NCBI GenBank assembly: GCA_964344175.1
Contig: CAYFMI010000004.1
Span: 5,805 to 69,804, forward strand
Direction of reading: 5' to 3'
DNA length: 64,000 nucleotides
Source of the DNA: an uncultured Anaerolineales bacterium
Lineage (GTDB): Bacteria > Chloroflexota > Anaerolineae > Anaerolineales > UBA11858
Part shown: positions 37,844-47,804 of the stretch, piece by piece
Position numbering within the stretch: the stretch's first letter is position 1
Layout: each line of letters begins with the position of its first letter
Notes under the pieces: model-generated
Seen by the model: the letters and a program-made list of their open reading frames with translations, nothing else
Database searches by the model: none
What the model was told of the DNA's origin: nothing
Position numbers and translations under genes: made by a program

Positions 37844-38575
37844 ATGAAGCCCAAAATTGAACTCAATGACCTTCGCATTTCTCGTCGGGGACAGCCTATC
37901 CTACGCGGGGTCAGCCTTACCGTTCAACCCGGTGACGTGATGATGCTAATCGGCCCCAGCGGAAGCGGGAAATCCACCCTGTTGCGGGCTATCAACCGCC
38001 TGCAAGAGCCGCCTCCCAACAGCGTTTTACTTGATGGCAGCGACATCACCGGCATCCCAGTTACAGAATTGCGCTGTAAAATTGGCATGGTCTTTCAGCA
38101 AGCCAGCATGCTCCCCGGCACGGTTGCCGACAATATTGCCTACGTCGCCAACTTGCACAAGCAAACGTTGTCCCCCGAACGCATTCAGCAATTGCTCGAA
38201 GCGGTTTCACTACCCGGAAAATACGCCCAGACCGATGCCGAACAGCTCTCCGGCGGCGAAGCACAACGCGTCTCACTGGCACGGACTTTGGCAACCTCTC
38301 CAGATGTATTGCTGCTCGATGAGCCGACCTCCGCACTAGACCCACATGCCACCCGTCAGGTCGAAGAAACCTTGCTGCATCTCAACCGCGCTCACGGCCT
38401 GACATTGATCTGGGTCTCGCACACCATCGCACAAACCCGCCGCGTTGGGAGCAACGTCGTCTTACTCAACCAGGGGCAGGTTCAGGCGATTGGCCCGGTG
38501 GATGAAGTGCTTGATCCCGACGGCCCCCATCAAACTGCGCTAGCCTTCGCCGCTGGTGAAGACATCCGCCAATAG
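37844..38575 (+). CDS. ABC transporter ATP-binding protein (FetA/YbbL-like)
   Basis: Walker A GPSGSGKST, signature LSGGEAQRVSLAR, Walker B LLLDEPTSALD. The ATG directly abuts the previous TAA. Paired with a YbbM/FetB-type permease. Confidence 0.8.
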   Translation: MKPKIELNDLRISRRGQPILRGVSLTVQPGDVMMLIGPSGSGKSTLLRAINRLQEPPPNSVLLDGSDITGIPVTELRCKIGMVFQQASMLPGTVADNIAYVANLHKQTLSPERIQQLLEAVSLPGKYAQTDAEQLSGGEAQRVSLARTLATSPDVLLLDEPTSALDPHATRQVEETLLHLNRAHGLTLIWVSHTIAQTRRVGSNVVLLNQGQVQAIGPVDEVLDPDGPHQTALAFAAGEDIRQ

Positions 38576-38597
38576 GCCTGACTTCCAGGAGATGCCC

Positions 38598-39371
38598 ATG
38601 ATCTCACTCCCCGAAATTCCACTTGATGGGCTTTACCGCATTGGGGCGGCATTAAGCTTGATTGTACTTTCGCTGTTGATCTCCCGCTGGCGGGAGGCCG
38701 ATCTCGAAAAAGATTTACTCATTGCCACATTGCGCAGCTTCATCCAGTTGATTGCCATTGGCTATGCGCTGGAATTTATCTTCAACCTGGACTCCCCTTT
38801 GTGGACATTTTCGCTGCTGGCCTTTATGACTCTGGTAGCCGGGAGAACTGCGGCGCAACGCGGCAAATCGGTGCCGCGCGCCCAGCGGGTGGGGCTGGCT
38901 TCTATTGGCCTGGGGAGCGCCCTGACGCTAGGGATTTTGGTCGCCCTCAATGTCTTCAGTTTCGATCCGCAGACCATCATCCCGGTTGGCGGGATGGTTA
39001 TTGGCAACTCGATGTCGGTGGCCGCCCTGGTGATGAAGCGCCTGGCGAACGATTTCAAAATCCAGCGCAATCTAATCGAGACATCCCTGGCATTGGGGGC
39101 AACCAGCCAGCAGGCTGCCCGCCCCCAATTGCGCACAGCCCTGAAAAGCGCTATGATTCCCATTGTAGACACGACCAAAACCACTGGTCTGATTAAGCTC
39201 CCCGGCGCCATGACCGGGATGATTTTGGCAGGTGCATCCCCCATGGATGCCGTCCAGATTCAGATTGTGGTGTTATACATGATTATTGGCGCAACCACCT
39301 TCACCGGGCTGATCGCCAGCTACCTGACCTACCGTCAATTCTTTACCCCCGTACACCAATTGATCGAATAA
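38598..39371 (+). CDS. UPF0014 (YbbM/FetB) family ABC permease
   Basis: Multi-TM protein of the YbbM/FetB type. Start chosen at ATG 38598, 7 nt after AGGAG. Confidence 0.8.
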   Translation: MISLPEIPLDGLYRIGAALSLIVLSLLISRWREADLEKDLLIATLRSFIQLIAIGYALEFIFNLDSPLWTFSLLAFMTLVAGRTAAQRGKSVPRAQRVGLASIGLGSALTLGILVALNVFSFDPQTIIPVGGMVIGNSMSVAALVMKRLANDFKIQRNLIETSLALGATSQQAARPQLRTALKSAMIPIVDTTKTTGLIKLPGAMTGMILAGASPMDAVQIQIVVLYMIIGATTFTGLIASYLTYRQFFTPVHQLIE

Positions 39372-39449
39372 TTCCTACCGCTTACGCGGCTCGATGAAAG
39401 TTATTCCGAAAATAGGGGCGTGCGGGGCGCAAAAGTGCGTAACTCCTAG

Positions 39450-40787
39450 CTATAGCTGAATGCGGGCATCGGCAGGCATGCCCGGTTTGAGTTTGCCATC
39501 TGGATTGGGAACTACAATCGTGACTGCAAAGACAGTGCTTTTGCGTCCATCCACAGTTTGCACATTGCGAGGCGTGAACTCGGCCTCATCGGCAATAGCT
39601 GCGATTGTACCGGTAAAAATTTCGTTGGGGAATGAATCCACACTGATTTCAACCACCTGCCCCAGGTGAAGTTCTCCATAGCGATCTTCAGAAATATAGA
39701 CGGTCAATTCAACCTGCGATAAATCAGCAATCTTGAATACCGGCCCGCCCTGAGGAATGGTTTCACCGACCTCAAGGTTGCGCGACAAGACCACGCCCGT
39801 AATCGGAGCATAAACAACCGTCTTCGCCATCTGCACATCAAGCAACTGCAAGGCCGCTTGGGCTGCAAGCAGATTTGCCTCCGCCTGCCCCACTCCACTT
39901 TTTGCCAGAGTCACGGCTGCGCGGGCCGCCTCAACCTGTAAAGCATATTCGCCGCGCATCAATTGGGTCAGGACATCGAGGGCATTCTCATAGCGGGCCT
40001 GCGCGACTGCAACACGGCCGCGCGCATCCAGTACATCGAGGCTGGCAGTGTTCGAGAGCATACCATCATATGCTAATTGAGCGCGCTCTAAATCGGCCAG
40101 AGCGCTATCCACTTGCTCCTGGGCAACTTCCTCCAGAACTGTGTTTTCACTGGCGTCAGCTGCCAGGTCGTGGGTTTGCACCGCCACTTGATAGGCCGCT
40201 TGCGCTGCCGCCAACTCACTTTCGGCTGTCACCAAATCGGAGTTGCTGGCATCTTGCAATTCCTGAGCCAAATCGTCGCGTTTCTGCATCAGAGCATCCC
40301 GCGCCGCAGCGACCTCCGCCTGCACAGCCTGAATGCGCTCGGCCTGCTGGTAATACCAGACCGGCAATTCAAATTCATCGGGGAGCGGCGTCACCCAGGC
40401 TGCATTGCGCGATTGCAGATCTTGCAGGCGCGCCCCTTGCAGCGCTAACTCATATTGCACATTTGCAGCCGTTAATTGCGCCTGCGCCGATGCAATGGCC
40501 GCTTCGGCCACGCCAACACTCGCCTGGGCCTGTTCATACTGGGCGCGATAGATTTCATCATCCATACGGAATAAGACATCTCCCTCCTGAATGGTTTCGC
40601 CTTCAACGGCCAGGATCTCAACAACCTTTCCGCCCAGTTCTGGGGCAATTTGAACTTGCTGCGACGAAACATAGCCCGAACCGGAAATACTATTCTCGGC
40701 AGCCTGTGCGCTGGGGGAAGATCCACAGGCACTTAATACAGGCATCGCGAGCAGCGCAACAGTCAGCAAAAATAATTTGGTTTTCAT
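39450..40787 (-). CDS. HlyD-family periplasmic adaptor/membrane fusion lipoprotein
   Basis: Lipoprotein signal (LLAMPVLSAC), biotinyl-lipoyl-like hairpin, a long Ala/Gln-rich coiled coil, and a C-terminal beta-barrel. Confidence 0.85.
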   Translation of the reverse strand: MKTKLFLLTVALLAMPVLSACGSSPSAQAAENSISGSGYVSSQQVQIAPELGGKVVEILAVEGETIQEGDVLFRMDDEIYRAQYEQAQASVGVAEAAIASAQAQLTAANVQYELALQGARLQDLQSRNAAWVTPLPDEFELPVWYYQQAERIQAVQAEVAAARDALMQKRDDLAQELQDASNSDLVTAESELAAAQAAYQVAVQTHDLAADASENTVLEEVAQEQVDSALADLERAQLAYDGMLSNTASLDVLDARGRVAVAQARYENALDVLTQLMRGEYALQVEAARAAVTLAKSGVGQAEANLLAAQAALQLLDVQMAKTVVYAPITGVVLSRNLEVGETIPQGGPVFKIADLSQVELTVYISEDRYGELHLGQVVEISVDSFPNEIFTGTIAAIADEAEFTPRNVQTVDGRKSTVFAVTIVVPNPDGKLKPGMPADARIQL

Positions 40788-40829
40788 CGTACAGCCTCCA
40801 TATGTAAAAAATATCGTACCGTAAATCCG

Positions 40830-41879
40830 TCAGGATACCTTCCAGTCAAGAGCTTCTTGCGGCCCAAAATAGCGCCGAACAAGTTCAGCATCACCACGGC
40901 GCAAGGCTTTCAATGGGTCTGAGATAGCCTTGAAATAAGCCCGCACAACCCGGTCGGGAATAGCCCGAACCAGGGCGCGCTGCATTGGGGAAATGCGTGC
41001 CTTTGCCGCCAAAAAGTAATCTGTCAGAGTATGACGGCGAAAACCAAGCAGCGCTTCAAGATCGTCACCATCGGCATAATCACCAGAGTGAAAATTACGC
41101 CGCGCAAAAGCTCGTTCTGGTAATGCCGCGGGGTTAACGCCAAAGATGGGCAGCATCTTGCGAAGGAAATCGCGCGCCACGATGCGGCAATCGGCCCCGC
41201 CCCCCAGGTTGAAAATGCGCCCCCACACCCCTTCGTGAGCCAGCGCTTGCACCAGGGCAAAACCGGCATCGCTCGCATGGCACCATTCCAGGGCGGTATC
41301 AAGCGGCATATGGAACATCAGCGGCTGGATTTTCAGCTTCGATGTCAAAATACCGCTCAAGCGCAAGATGCTCCACTTGATACCGGAGGCCTGGATCAAT
41401 TTCTCCGCCTGAATTTTTGTGTGGGCATATTCATCGCCCTCACTGGGATCAAGGGGGTCATCGACGCGGATCTGGGGATTGTCGATACGGTCGCCATATA
41501 CCGAGATGGAGGATGTGTAGATCAGCCTCGGGGCAGGATTCTGCCCGGTGAGGGCTGCCAGCAATGAGCGCGTCCCGCCCACGTTGACAGCGCGCGCCAG
41601 CTCCGGGTTTTCATCGGCTGCCGGGGGGATCAATGCCGCCGTATGAATAACGGCATCCACCCCCTGCGCGGCAGCGCGCACCGCGCCTTTATCACGCAAA
41701 TCCCCATAGACAATTTCAATCTGCTCCCTGAAGGGGGCAAATCGCCGCCGCTCGTAAATGCGATCGAGATTTAGCAGGCGGATGTTGTAGCGCTCCCGGC
41801 GGCGAAGGAGTTCTTTGAAGGCCTCGAAGCCAACCTCGCCCGAAGCGCCGGTGAGTAAAATGGTTTCTTTTTTCTTCAT
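40830..41879 (-). CDS. NAD-dependent epimerase/dehydratase (extended SDR)
   Basis: Rossmann motif LLTGASGEVG and catalytic YxxxK (YAHTK). Start at MKKKETILL (41879). Confidence 0.85.
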   Translation of the reverse strand: MKKKETILLTGASGEVGFEAFKELLRRRERYNIRLLNLDRIYERRRFAPFREQIEIVYGDLRDKGAVRAAAQGVDAVIHTAALIPPAADENPELARAVNVGGTRSLLAALTGQNPAPRLIYTSSISVYGDRIDNPQIRVDDPLDPSEGDEYAHTKIQAEKLIQASGIKWSILRLSGILTSKLKIQPLMFHMPLDTALEWCHASDAGFALVQALAHEGVWGRIFNLGGGADCRIVARDFLRKMLPIFGVNPAALPERAFARRNFHSGDYADGDDLEALLGFRRHTLTDYFLAAKARISPMQRALVRAIPDRVVRAYFKAISDPLKALRRGDAELVRRYFGPQEALDWKVS

Positions 41880-41904
41880 CGGAAGATACCTGTGGGGGTG
41901 CTCA

Positions 41905-43038
41905 TCAAGCAATTCGTTTGCGAAAGGCCAGCACACTGGCAACAAAGTAGCCCAGGCTCAGACCAAGCAAGGGCAAGGTAGAAGACCACACCGCAGCGGC
42001 GTTGACGCCGCGCAGCATGATGCCGCGCGTGATTTCAAGGAAGTGTGTCACCGGCAAAAGCTCGCTGAAGAGGTAGGTAATCCAGGGCATATTGTCGCGC
42101 GGGAACATCAGGCCGGTCAGGATGATGGCCGGGATCAGCACCAGGAAGATCGCCAGATAGATGGCCTGCATTTGCGATTGCGAGACATTGGAGATTAACA
42201 CCCCCATCCCCAATGAGCCAATGATGAATACCACGCTGAGGCCGACAAGCTGCCAGTAGCTCCCGGCAACCTGGACATCGAAAAGCAAATCGCCCAGCCA
42301 CAAGAGCGCAAAGAGGTTGAGAATGCTGACCAGCAAATAGGGAATGATCTTGCCAAGCATCAACTCCCAGGATCGGATGGGAGTGACGATCAACTGTTCC
42401 ATTGTGCCCTGCTCGCGCTCCTTGACAATGGCCAGGGCGCTTAATATCAGGGCCTGTACCTGCAAGATGATCGGGATCAGACCAGGGATCATGAAGAGTT
42501 TGCTATCCCCTTCGGGGTTGTAGAGCGTCTTTTCGAGGGCCTCGACCGGAATTTGAATCAAGGCCCCCTGCGGTGTGCGCTCCAATTGCTGCACAAGAAT
42601 ATCCTGCGCCGCCATCTGGCTGATGCTGCTCAACTTCAGGCGGATGGCGTTAACGTCGGATGGATCGGTGGCGCCGTTAACATAGAGCTGCACCTGCACG
42701 GTTTCTCCGGCGGTCAGGCTGCGCCCGAAATTCTCCGGAATCAGCAGCCCGGCATCCACCTGATCGTTATCGATCAAGTCTAAAATTTCATCTTCGCTGA
42801 GTGCAGCATGGGTGATATTAAAATCCCCGCTGGCGGTGAATGTCTCAATATAGCGGCGGCTGGCATCGCTACGCGACAGATCGGCCACGGCCATAGGGGT
42901 ATGTGAGCGGTCAAAGTTGACCCCATACCCCAGCAAAACCAGCAACAGTCCGGGCAATAACAACAGCATCGCCATCGTGCGCGGATCGCGCCAGATGTGA
43001 AACAACTCTTTACGCATAATCGTGAATAGACGTTCCAT
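41905..43038 (-). CDS. ABC-2 type transporter permease (YbhS/YhhJ-like)
   Basis: One N-terminal TM helix, a large periplasmic loop and a C-terminal 5-TM ABC-2 domain. Confidence 0.85.
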   Translation of the reverse strand: MERLFTIMRKELFHIWRDPRTMAMLLLLPGLLLVLLGYGVNFDRSHTPMAVADLSRSDASRRYIETFTASGDFNITHAALSEDEILDLIDNDQVDAGLLIPENFGRSLTAGETVQVQLYVNGATDPSDVNAIRLKLSSISQMAAQDILVQQLERTPQGALIQIPVEALEKTLYNPEGDSKLFMIPGLIPIILQVQALILSALAIVKEREQGTMEQLIVTPIRSWELMLGKIIPYLLVSILNLFALLWLGDLLFDVQVAGSYWQLVGLSVVFIIGSLGMGVLISNVSQSQMQAIYLAIFLVLIPAIILTGLMFPRDNMPWITYLFSELLPVTHFLEITRGIMLRGVNAAAVWSSTLPLLGLSLGYFVASVLAFRKRIA

Positions 43039-43059
43039 AACAATACTCCAAACGTTGTG

Positions 43060-44007
43060 CTATTCGGTCTTCTGACGATATTCAGATACCAGGGCGATAA
43101 AGACATCTTCCAATGAGGGCTGGATTTCGTCGATCTGCTGCACCTGAATTTTGTGGCGCGAGAGGAAACGGCTGACCTTGCTGGGGGAAGCCGATTCTGT
43201 TAAAGTGACATGCAACTGCGCCCCATGCACCGAGGTCTCCAAAACATCGGGGAGATCTTCGAGTATCGCGCGGGCCTCTTCGATCGGTTGACTATCGATC
43301 TGCAGCAATTTTCCGGGGAGGCTGGCGCGCAGTTCATCCGGCTCGGCGACGGCAATCAATTTGCCGCGATACATCATGCCAATGGTGTTGCAGTATTCCG
43401 CTTCATCCATGTAATGCGTGGTCGCCAATACGCTGACGCCCTGCCCCGCCATTTCATAGATCAGATCCCAAAATTCGCGCCGCGAGACTGGATCCACCCC
43501 GGCGGTAGCCTCATCCAAGAAAAGCATGGGCGGTTTATGCACCACGGCGCAAGCCAGCGCCAGACGCTGCCTCCAGGCCCCCGAAAGATTGCCCGTTAAC
43601 TCATCCCGGTGATCGCATAACCCAGACAATTCGATCAACTCGGCAATATTCTTAGCCCGCTCTGCTCGCGGCACGGCGTAGATCGAGGCATAGAATTGCA
43701 AGTTTTCGAAGGCGGTCAGGTCGTTATAGAGCGAAAATCGCTGCGACATATAGCCGATTTGCCGCTTAATCGCCTCAGGGTTCTGAACGACGTCATGCCC
43801 GACAACGCGCGCGGTACCTGTGGTGGGGCGTAAAATGCCGCACAACATGCGGATGGCGGTTGTTTTCCCGGCCCCATTTGGCCCAAGCAGGCCGAAGATC
43901 GCGCCTTTTGGGATGGCAAATTCAACCGCGTCTACGGCGGTGAAATTGCCAAAACGGCGAGTCAGGGCATGGGCCTCAACAGCATTGGCGTAGGTTGTTG
44001 TATTCAT
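43060..44007 (-). CDS. ABC transporter ATP-binding protein
   Basis: Walker A GPNGAGKTT, signature LSGAWRQRLALA, Walker B LFLDEATAGVD. Confidence 0.92.
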   Translation of the reverse strand: MNTTTYANAVEAHALTRRFGNFTAVDAVEFAIPKGAIFGLLGPNGAGKTTAIRMLCGILRPTTGTARVVGHDVVQNPEAIKRQIGYMSQRFSLYNDLTAFENLQFYASIYAVPRAERAKNIAELIELSGLCDHRDELTGNLSGAWRQRLALACAVVHKPPMLFLDEATAGVDPVSRREFWDLIYEMAGQGVSVLATTHYMDEAEYCNTIGMMYRGKLIAVAEPDELRASLPGKLLQIDSQPIEEARAILEDLPDVLETSVHGAQLHVTLTESASPSKVSRFLSRHKIQVQQIDEIQPSLEDVFIALVSEYRQKTE

Positions 44008-44960
44008 AAAATACCCTGGGGTTTTATCAAAGCCAGATACACGAAGACATCTTCCATGCTCGCCCGCGAGGGACGCAAAAGATGCACGGTTAATTTTTGG
44101 CGTTTGAATTCAGTTTGCAGGTGCTTTAACAGGCGGCGGGAATCGCCATTGTGATTTGCCACCGATATTCGCAACCGGTCGCCTACGGGGCGCCAATCGA
44201 CCACGCCGGCGGCCTGTTCCACAACCGACCGCATGGCTTTGCGCGGGCGCGCTTTGACTTCGATCACTTCGAAGGGCAAGTCCGCGGCCAACTCTGCCGG
44301 GCTGCCTTGCGCCAAGATCTTACCTTTATGCAGCATCGCTACCTGATGGCAACGCTCGGCTTCATCCATGTAGGGAGTGCTGACCAATACAGTCACCTCC
44401 TGCGCAACTAACCGCGCCAAGATCCCCCACAACTCGCGCCGCGAGACCGGGTCAACCCCTGTGGTTGGCTCATCTAAAAGCAAAACTTTGGGGTCATGCA
44501 CCAGGGCGCAGGCCAGGGCCAATTTCTTGCGCATGCCGCCCGAAAGCAACGCGCTGCGGCGGTGCTGAAAACGCTCCAGGCGGGCAAATTCCAGCAATTG
44601 CGCAATCCGTTCTTGTCGGCGCTTGCCGGAGACGGCGTTGATGTCGGCAAAGAAATTAAGATTCTCGATCACGCTTAAATCGGGATACAGGCTAAACGCC
44701 TGCGGCATATAGCCAATGAGAGGCCGGGCCGCCTCGGCCTGCCCCCCGGTATCGAAACCGTAAACCCGGGCACAGCCGCTAGAGGCCTCCATCACTGTTG
44801 AAAGAATACGCAGCGTGGTCGTCTTGCCGGCGCCATCCGGGCCGATCAACCCAAACAACTGCCCCTCGCGCACAGTGAGATTCAAATTCTCAACCGCCCG
44901 CCGGGGTCGGCGCTTGCCATAAGATTTTGAAACATCACCAGCTTCAATCGCGTACTTCAT
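44004..44960 (-). CDS. ABC transporter ATP-binding protein
   Basis: Walker A GPDGAGKTT, signature LSGGMRKKLALA, Walker B LLLDEPTTGVD. 4-nt overlap with the downstream ATPase gene. Confidence 0.92.
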   Translation of the reverse strand: MKYAIEAGDVSKSYGKRRPRRAVENLNLTVREGQLFGLIGPDGAGKTTTLRILSTVMEASSGCARVYGFDTGGQAEAARPLIGYMPQAFSLYPDLSVIENLNFFADINAVSGKRRQERIAQLLEFARLERFQHRRSALLSGGMRKKLALACALVHDPKVLLLDEPTTGVDPVSRRELWGILARLVAQEVTVLVSTPYMDEAERCHQVAMLHKGKILAQGSPAELAADLPFEVIEVKARPRKAMRSVVEQAAGVVDWRPVGDRLRISVANHNGDSRRLLKHLQTEFKRQKLTVHLLRPSRASMEDVFVYLALIKPQGIL

Positions 44961-45160
44961 AGAATATCGCTGCCTTAAAATCCATCAAACTGCATTCGTT
45001 TTTCACACACAATCATATGCAAGTGTCCCTCATATTCACAGATGTCAGCCACCACCTGCATCATGACACCCGTAAAGACCGGCATGACGGGCGTCATTTT
45101 CTGCGTACCAAGCCTCTCTACGAGGCGCGTTTTTTCCACGCCCTGTGATATGATGAAGCT

Positions 45161-46399
45161 ATGGAAACGCGCCCCATCGAGCCTGGCCTGTTAAGGATTT
45201 TTCGCTACTTCACCAGCGTGGCAATGGTATATTTCGCCGCTCTGGTACTCTACACTGCCATCCAAACCGGCGAGGGCGATACCTTCCCCCAGATTCAGTC
45301 CTACATGAATTTTGGCACCAATCTGATCTTGCTGGGGTATCTTTACTGGGGGTGGCTGCGCCGCAAACTCAAACGCTACTATCTGCCCCTGGCATTGATC
45401 GCCGCGACGGTGGTCCCTATTTTCAGCAACCTAATCTACCTGGCCGACCCGCATGAAGAAGCCGCCTTCACAATCGTGCGCAGTTGGCTGCTCTTTCCGA
45501 TCATGATCGTGCCGCTGGTGTTAATAGCCTGGCAATATCGCTTTCGCTATGTCGTCTTTTTTATCTTGTTTGCCACCCTTGTGGAATATTTCGTGCTCTT
45601 TCCGAAAATCAGCCACGTTGACTTCGAAACCATCCCTATTCTGGGTGGTCCGCTCATCCGCGCGTTTGCGTTTGGCACGGTGGGGCATATTGTCACCCGC
45701 CTGACCGATACCCAGCGAGATCAACGCAAAAAGCTGATACAAGCCAACTTTCAGCTGGGTCAACACGCCCGCACCCTGGAACAACTCGCCGTCAGCCGCG
45801 AGCGCAACCGCCTGGCACGCGAACTCCACGACACCCTGGCGCACACCCTTAGCGGCTTGGCCGTCAATCTAGAGGCCATCAAAATTGTACTTGGAGGGGA
45901 TAACGCCGAAGCCCTGCAAATGCTCAACCATGCGCTTGTTAATACCCGCACCGGCCTGAGCGATACCCGCCGGGCGCTTAAAGATCTGCGCGCGAAATCT
46001 CTCGAAGATCTGGGGCTTCGCATTGCCATTCGCAATCTGGCGCACAATGCCGCCGCCCGCGCAGGGCTGGAAACCAACCTCGACATCGCCCGGCAGATCC
46101 CCGACCTGCCGCCCGAAATCGAACAATCCTTGTTTCGCATCGCCCAGGAGGCGCTCGAAAATATTGTCAACCACGCCGAGGCCATAAACATGACCGTCAC
46201 ACTAAGTTACTCAAATTCGCGGCTTGAGTTATCGATCATGGATGATGGTATTGGGATTGATTTTACCAATGTGGATTTAGGCGAAAAACACGGCCTGCGA
46301 GGGATGCACGAACGCGCCGCAGGGGTGACTGCCGCTTTAGAGATTATCAGCGCCCCCGGAGAGGGCACCCATGTACGGGTAAGTTTGGAGTATCCCTAA
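45161..46399 (+). CDS. membrane sensor histidine kinase (HisKA_3 / NarL-partner class)
   Basis: N-terminal multi-TM region with no obvious periplasmic domain, H-box RLARELHDTLAHTL, and HATPase_c (DDGIGI, GLRGMHERA). Confidence 0.88.
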   Translation: METRPIEPGLLRIFRYFTSVAMVYFAALVLYTAIQTGEGDTFPQIQSYMNFGTNLILLGYLYWGWLRRKLKRYYLPLALIAATVVPIFSNLIYLADPHEEAAFTIVRSWLLFPIMIVPLVLIAWQYRFRYVVFFILFATLVEYFVLFPKISHVDFETIPILGGPLIRAFAFGTVGHIVTRLTDTQRDQRKKLIQANFQLGQHARTLEQLAVSRERNRLARELHDTLAHTLSGLAVNLEAIKIVLGGDNAEALQMLNHALVNTRTGLSDTRRALKDLRAKSLEDLGLRIAIRNLAHNAAARAGLETNLDIARQIPDLPPEIEQSLFRIAQEALENIVNHAEAINMTVTLSYSNSRLELSIMDDGIGIDFTNVDLGEKHGLRGMHERAAGVTAALEIISAPGEGTHVRVSLEYP

Positions 46400-47043
46400 T
46401 GATCAAAGTGCTGATTTGCGACGACCAGGCCATTGTCTGTGAGGGGCTGCAAACCATCCTCGGCGCTTCACCAGACATCCAGGTTGTGGGCAACGCCCAC
46501 GACGGCAGCGAAGTGTTGGAACTCGCCGAGAAAACCAAGCCCGACCTCGTCCTCATGGATCTCAAAATGCCGCTGACGAACGGGATTATTGCCACCCGCC
46601 AGATGCGGCAAAAACACCCCGAGATTCAAGTATTGGTGTTGACCACTTATGACGATGATGAATGGCTCTTCGATGCCATTCGCAGCGGGGCTGCTGGATA
46701 CCTGCTCAAAGACACCCCACCAGAAGACCTGATTGAGGCCATTCGGGGGACTGTGGCCGGAAAATCTTTCGTAGACCCAAATGTGGCCGGGAAGCTGCTC
46801 TCCAGCTACCAAGAACACGTTCCCTCCGACGCGCTGCCGACCAGGCTAAAACTCAGCGACCGCGAGAAAGAGATCATCTCCTTGCTGGCGAAGGGCTTCA
46901 CAAACGCCGATATTGCCCAACAACTTTTTCTGAGTGAGGGCACAGTGCGCAACTACACCAGTGAAATCTTTAAAAAACTTGGGGTTTCTGACCGCACTCA
47001 GGCGGCGGTACTGGCCTTGCGCTATGGCCTCATTCAGGAATAA
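46399..47043 (+). CDS. NarL/LuxR-family response regulator
   Basis: REC (DLVLMDLKMP) plus LuxR-type HTH (TNADIAQQLFLSEGTVRNYTSEIFKKLGV). TAATG overlap with the kinase. Confidence 0.93.
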   Translation: MIKVLICDDQAIVCEGLQTILGASPDIQVVGNAHDGSEVLELAEKTKPDLVLMDLKMPLTNGIIATRQMRQKHPEIQVLVLTTYDDDEWLFDAIRSGAAGYLLKDTPPEDLIEAIRGTVAGKSFVDPNVAGKLLSSYQEHVPSDALPTRLKLSDREKEIISLLAKGFTNADIAQQLFLSEGTVRNYTSEIFKKLGVSDRTQAAVLALRYGLIQE

Positions 47044-47723
47044 CTCGCTGCGACCTTCAGGATCGACGAAGGGCGCTGAGGGGCATAGCGCTTTCCCAAA
47101 ACTCGCAGAGCAGCCACCTCTGCATCATCCAGGGTTATCATTCTGCCGCCCATCCCGCGGGCGTAGAACAATGCCTGGGCCGTCGCCTCCACTGCTAATG
47201 CAGCCTGATAGGCCACTTTCAAGGATTCTCCGACCGCCACCAATCCATGATGCGCCATAATCGCCGCGCTTCCCTCCCCGACAAATTCACAGGTTATATC
47301 GGCCAGCGCCTGTGTCCCCGGCCTACCGTAGTGAGCCACCGGGACGGCCGCGCCCAGGGCCATGGCCGATTCGTTCAACAACATCGGAAGAGCATCCTGC
47401 CCGGTGATGCTAAAAGCTGTCGCAAAAGGCGCATGGACATGTACAACTGCGGCGACATCCTGCCGCTGCTGATAAAAGGTCAGATGCAAGGCCAACTCGC
47501 TGGTGGGTAGCCACCGCCCCGCGACCAGCTTACCCTCCAGATCTACCACACAAATATCTCGCCACTTACGGCGCCGATACGGCATGCCGCTGGGCGTCAC
47601 CGCGACCAGATCATCCCCCCGGTGCAATACGCTCAAATTCCCCTGCCCATTGCGGACAAGCCCCTCCGTGAACAACTGCAAGCCAAATTCAACGATCTCT
47701 TTCCGTATCTTGTTTAAGCTCAT
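47034..47723 (-). CDS. class II aldolase/adducin domain protein
   Basis: Class II aldolase motifs (NGQGNLS, metal His in VHVHAP and MAHHG). Its 3' end overlaps the convergent response-regulator gene by 10 nt. Confidence 0.85.
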   Translation of the reverse strand: MSLNKIRKEIVEFGLQLFTEGLVRNGQGNLSVLHRGDDLVAVTPSGMPYRRRKWRDICVVDLEGKLVAGRWLPTSELALHLTFYQQRQDVAAVVHVHAPFATAFSITGQDALPMLLNESAMALGAAVPVAHYGRPGTQALADITCEFVGEGSAAIMAHHGLVAVGESLKVAYQAALAVEATAQALFYARGMGGRMITLDDAEVAALRVLGKRYAPQRPSSILKVAASYS

Positions 47724-47804
47724 CTAACACCTCACTAAAAAATCTTCGCTGTGAAAGATACCACATTCCACGATATAATTCAGCCGCCGCACTGAGGCCG
47801 CATT

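Noticed and set aside
39875-40807. 310-aa plus-strand ORF opposite the HlyD gene
   Set aside because: P/R/H-rich nonsense-like sequence. The minus strand encodes a clear lipoprotein adaptor with a coiled coil, so this is a shadow ORF of an Ala/Gln-rich gene.
45017-45148. 43-codon His-rich ORF (MQVSLIFTDVSHHLHHDTRKDRHDGRH...) in the ABC/two-component divergent region
   Set aside because: No RBS, no recognisable family, and it lies in a region better explained as a divergent promoter/operator.
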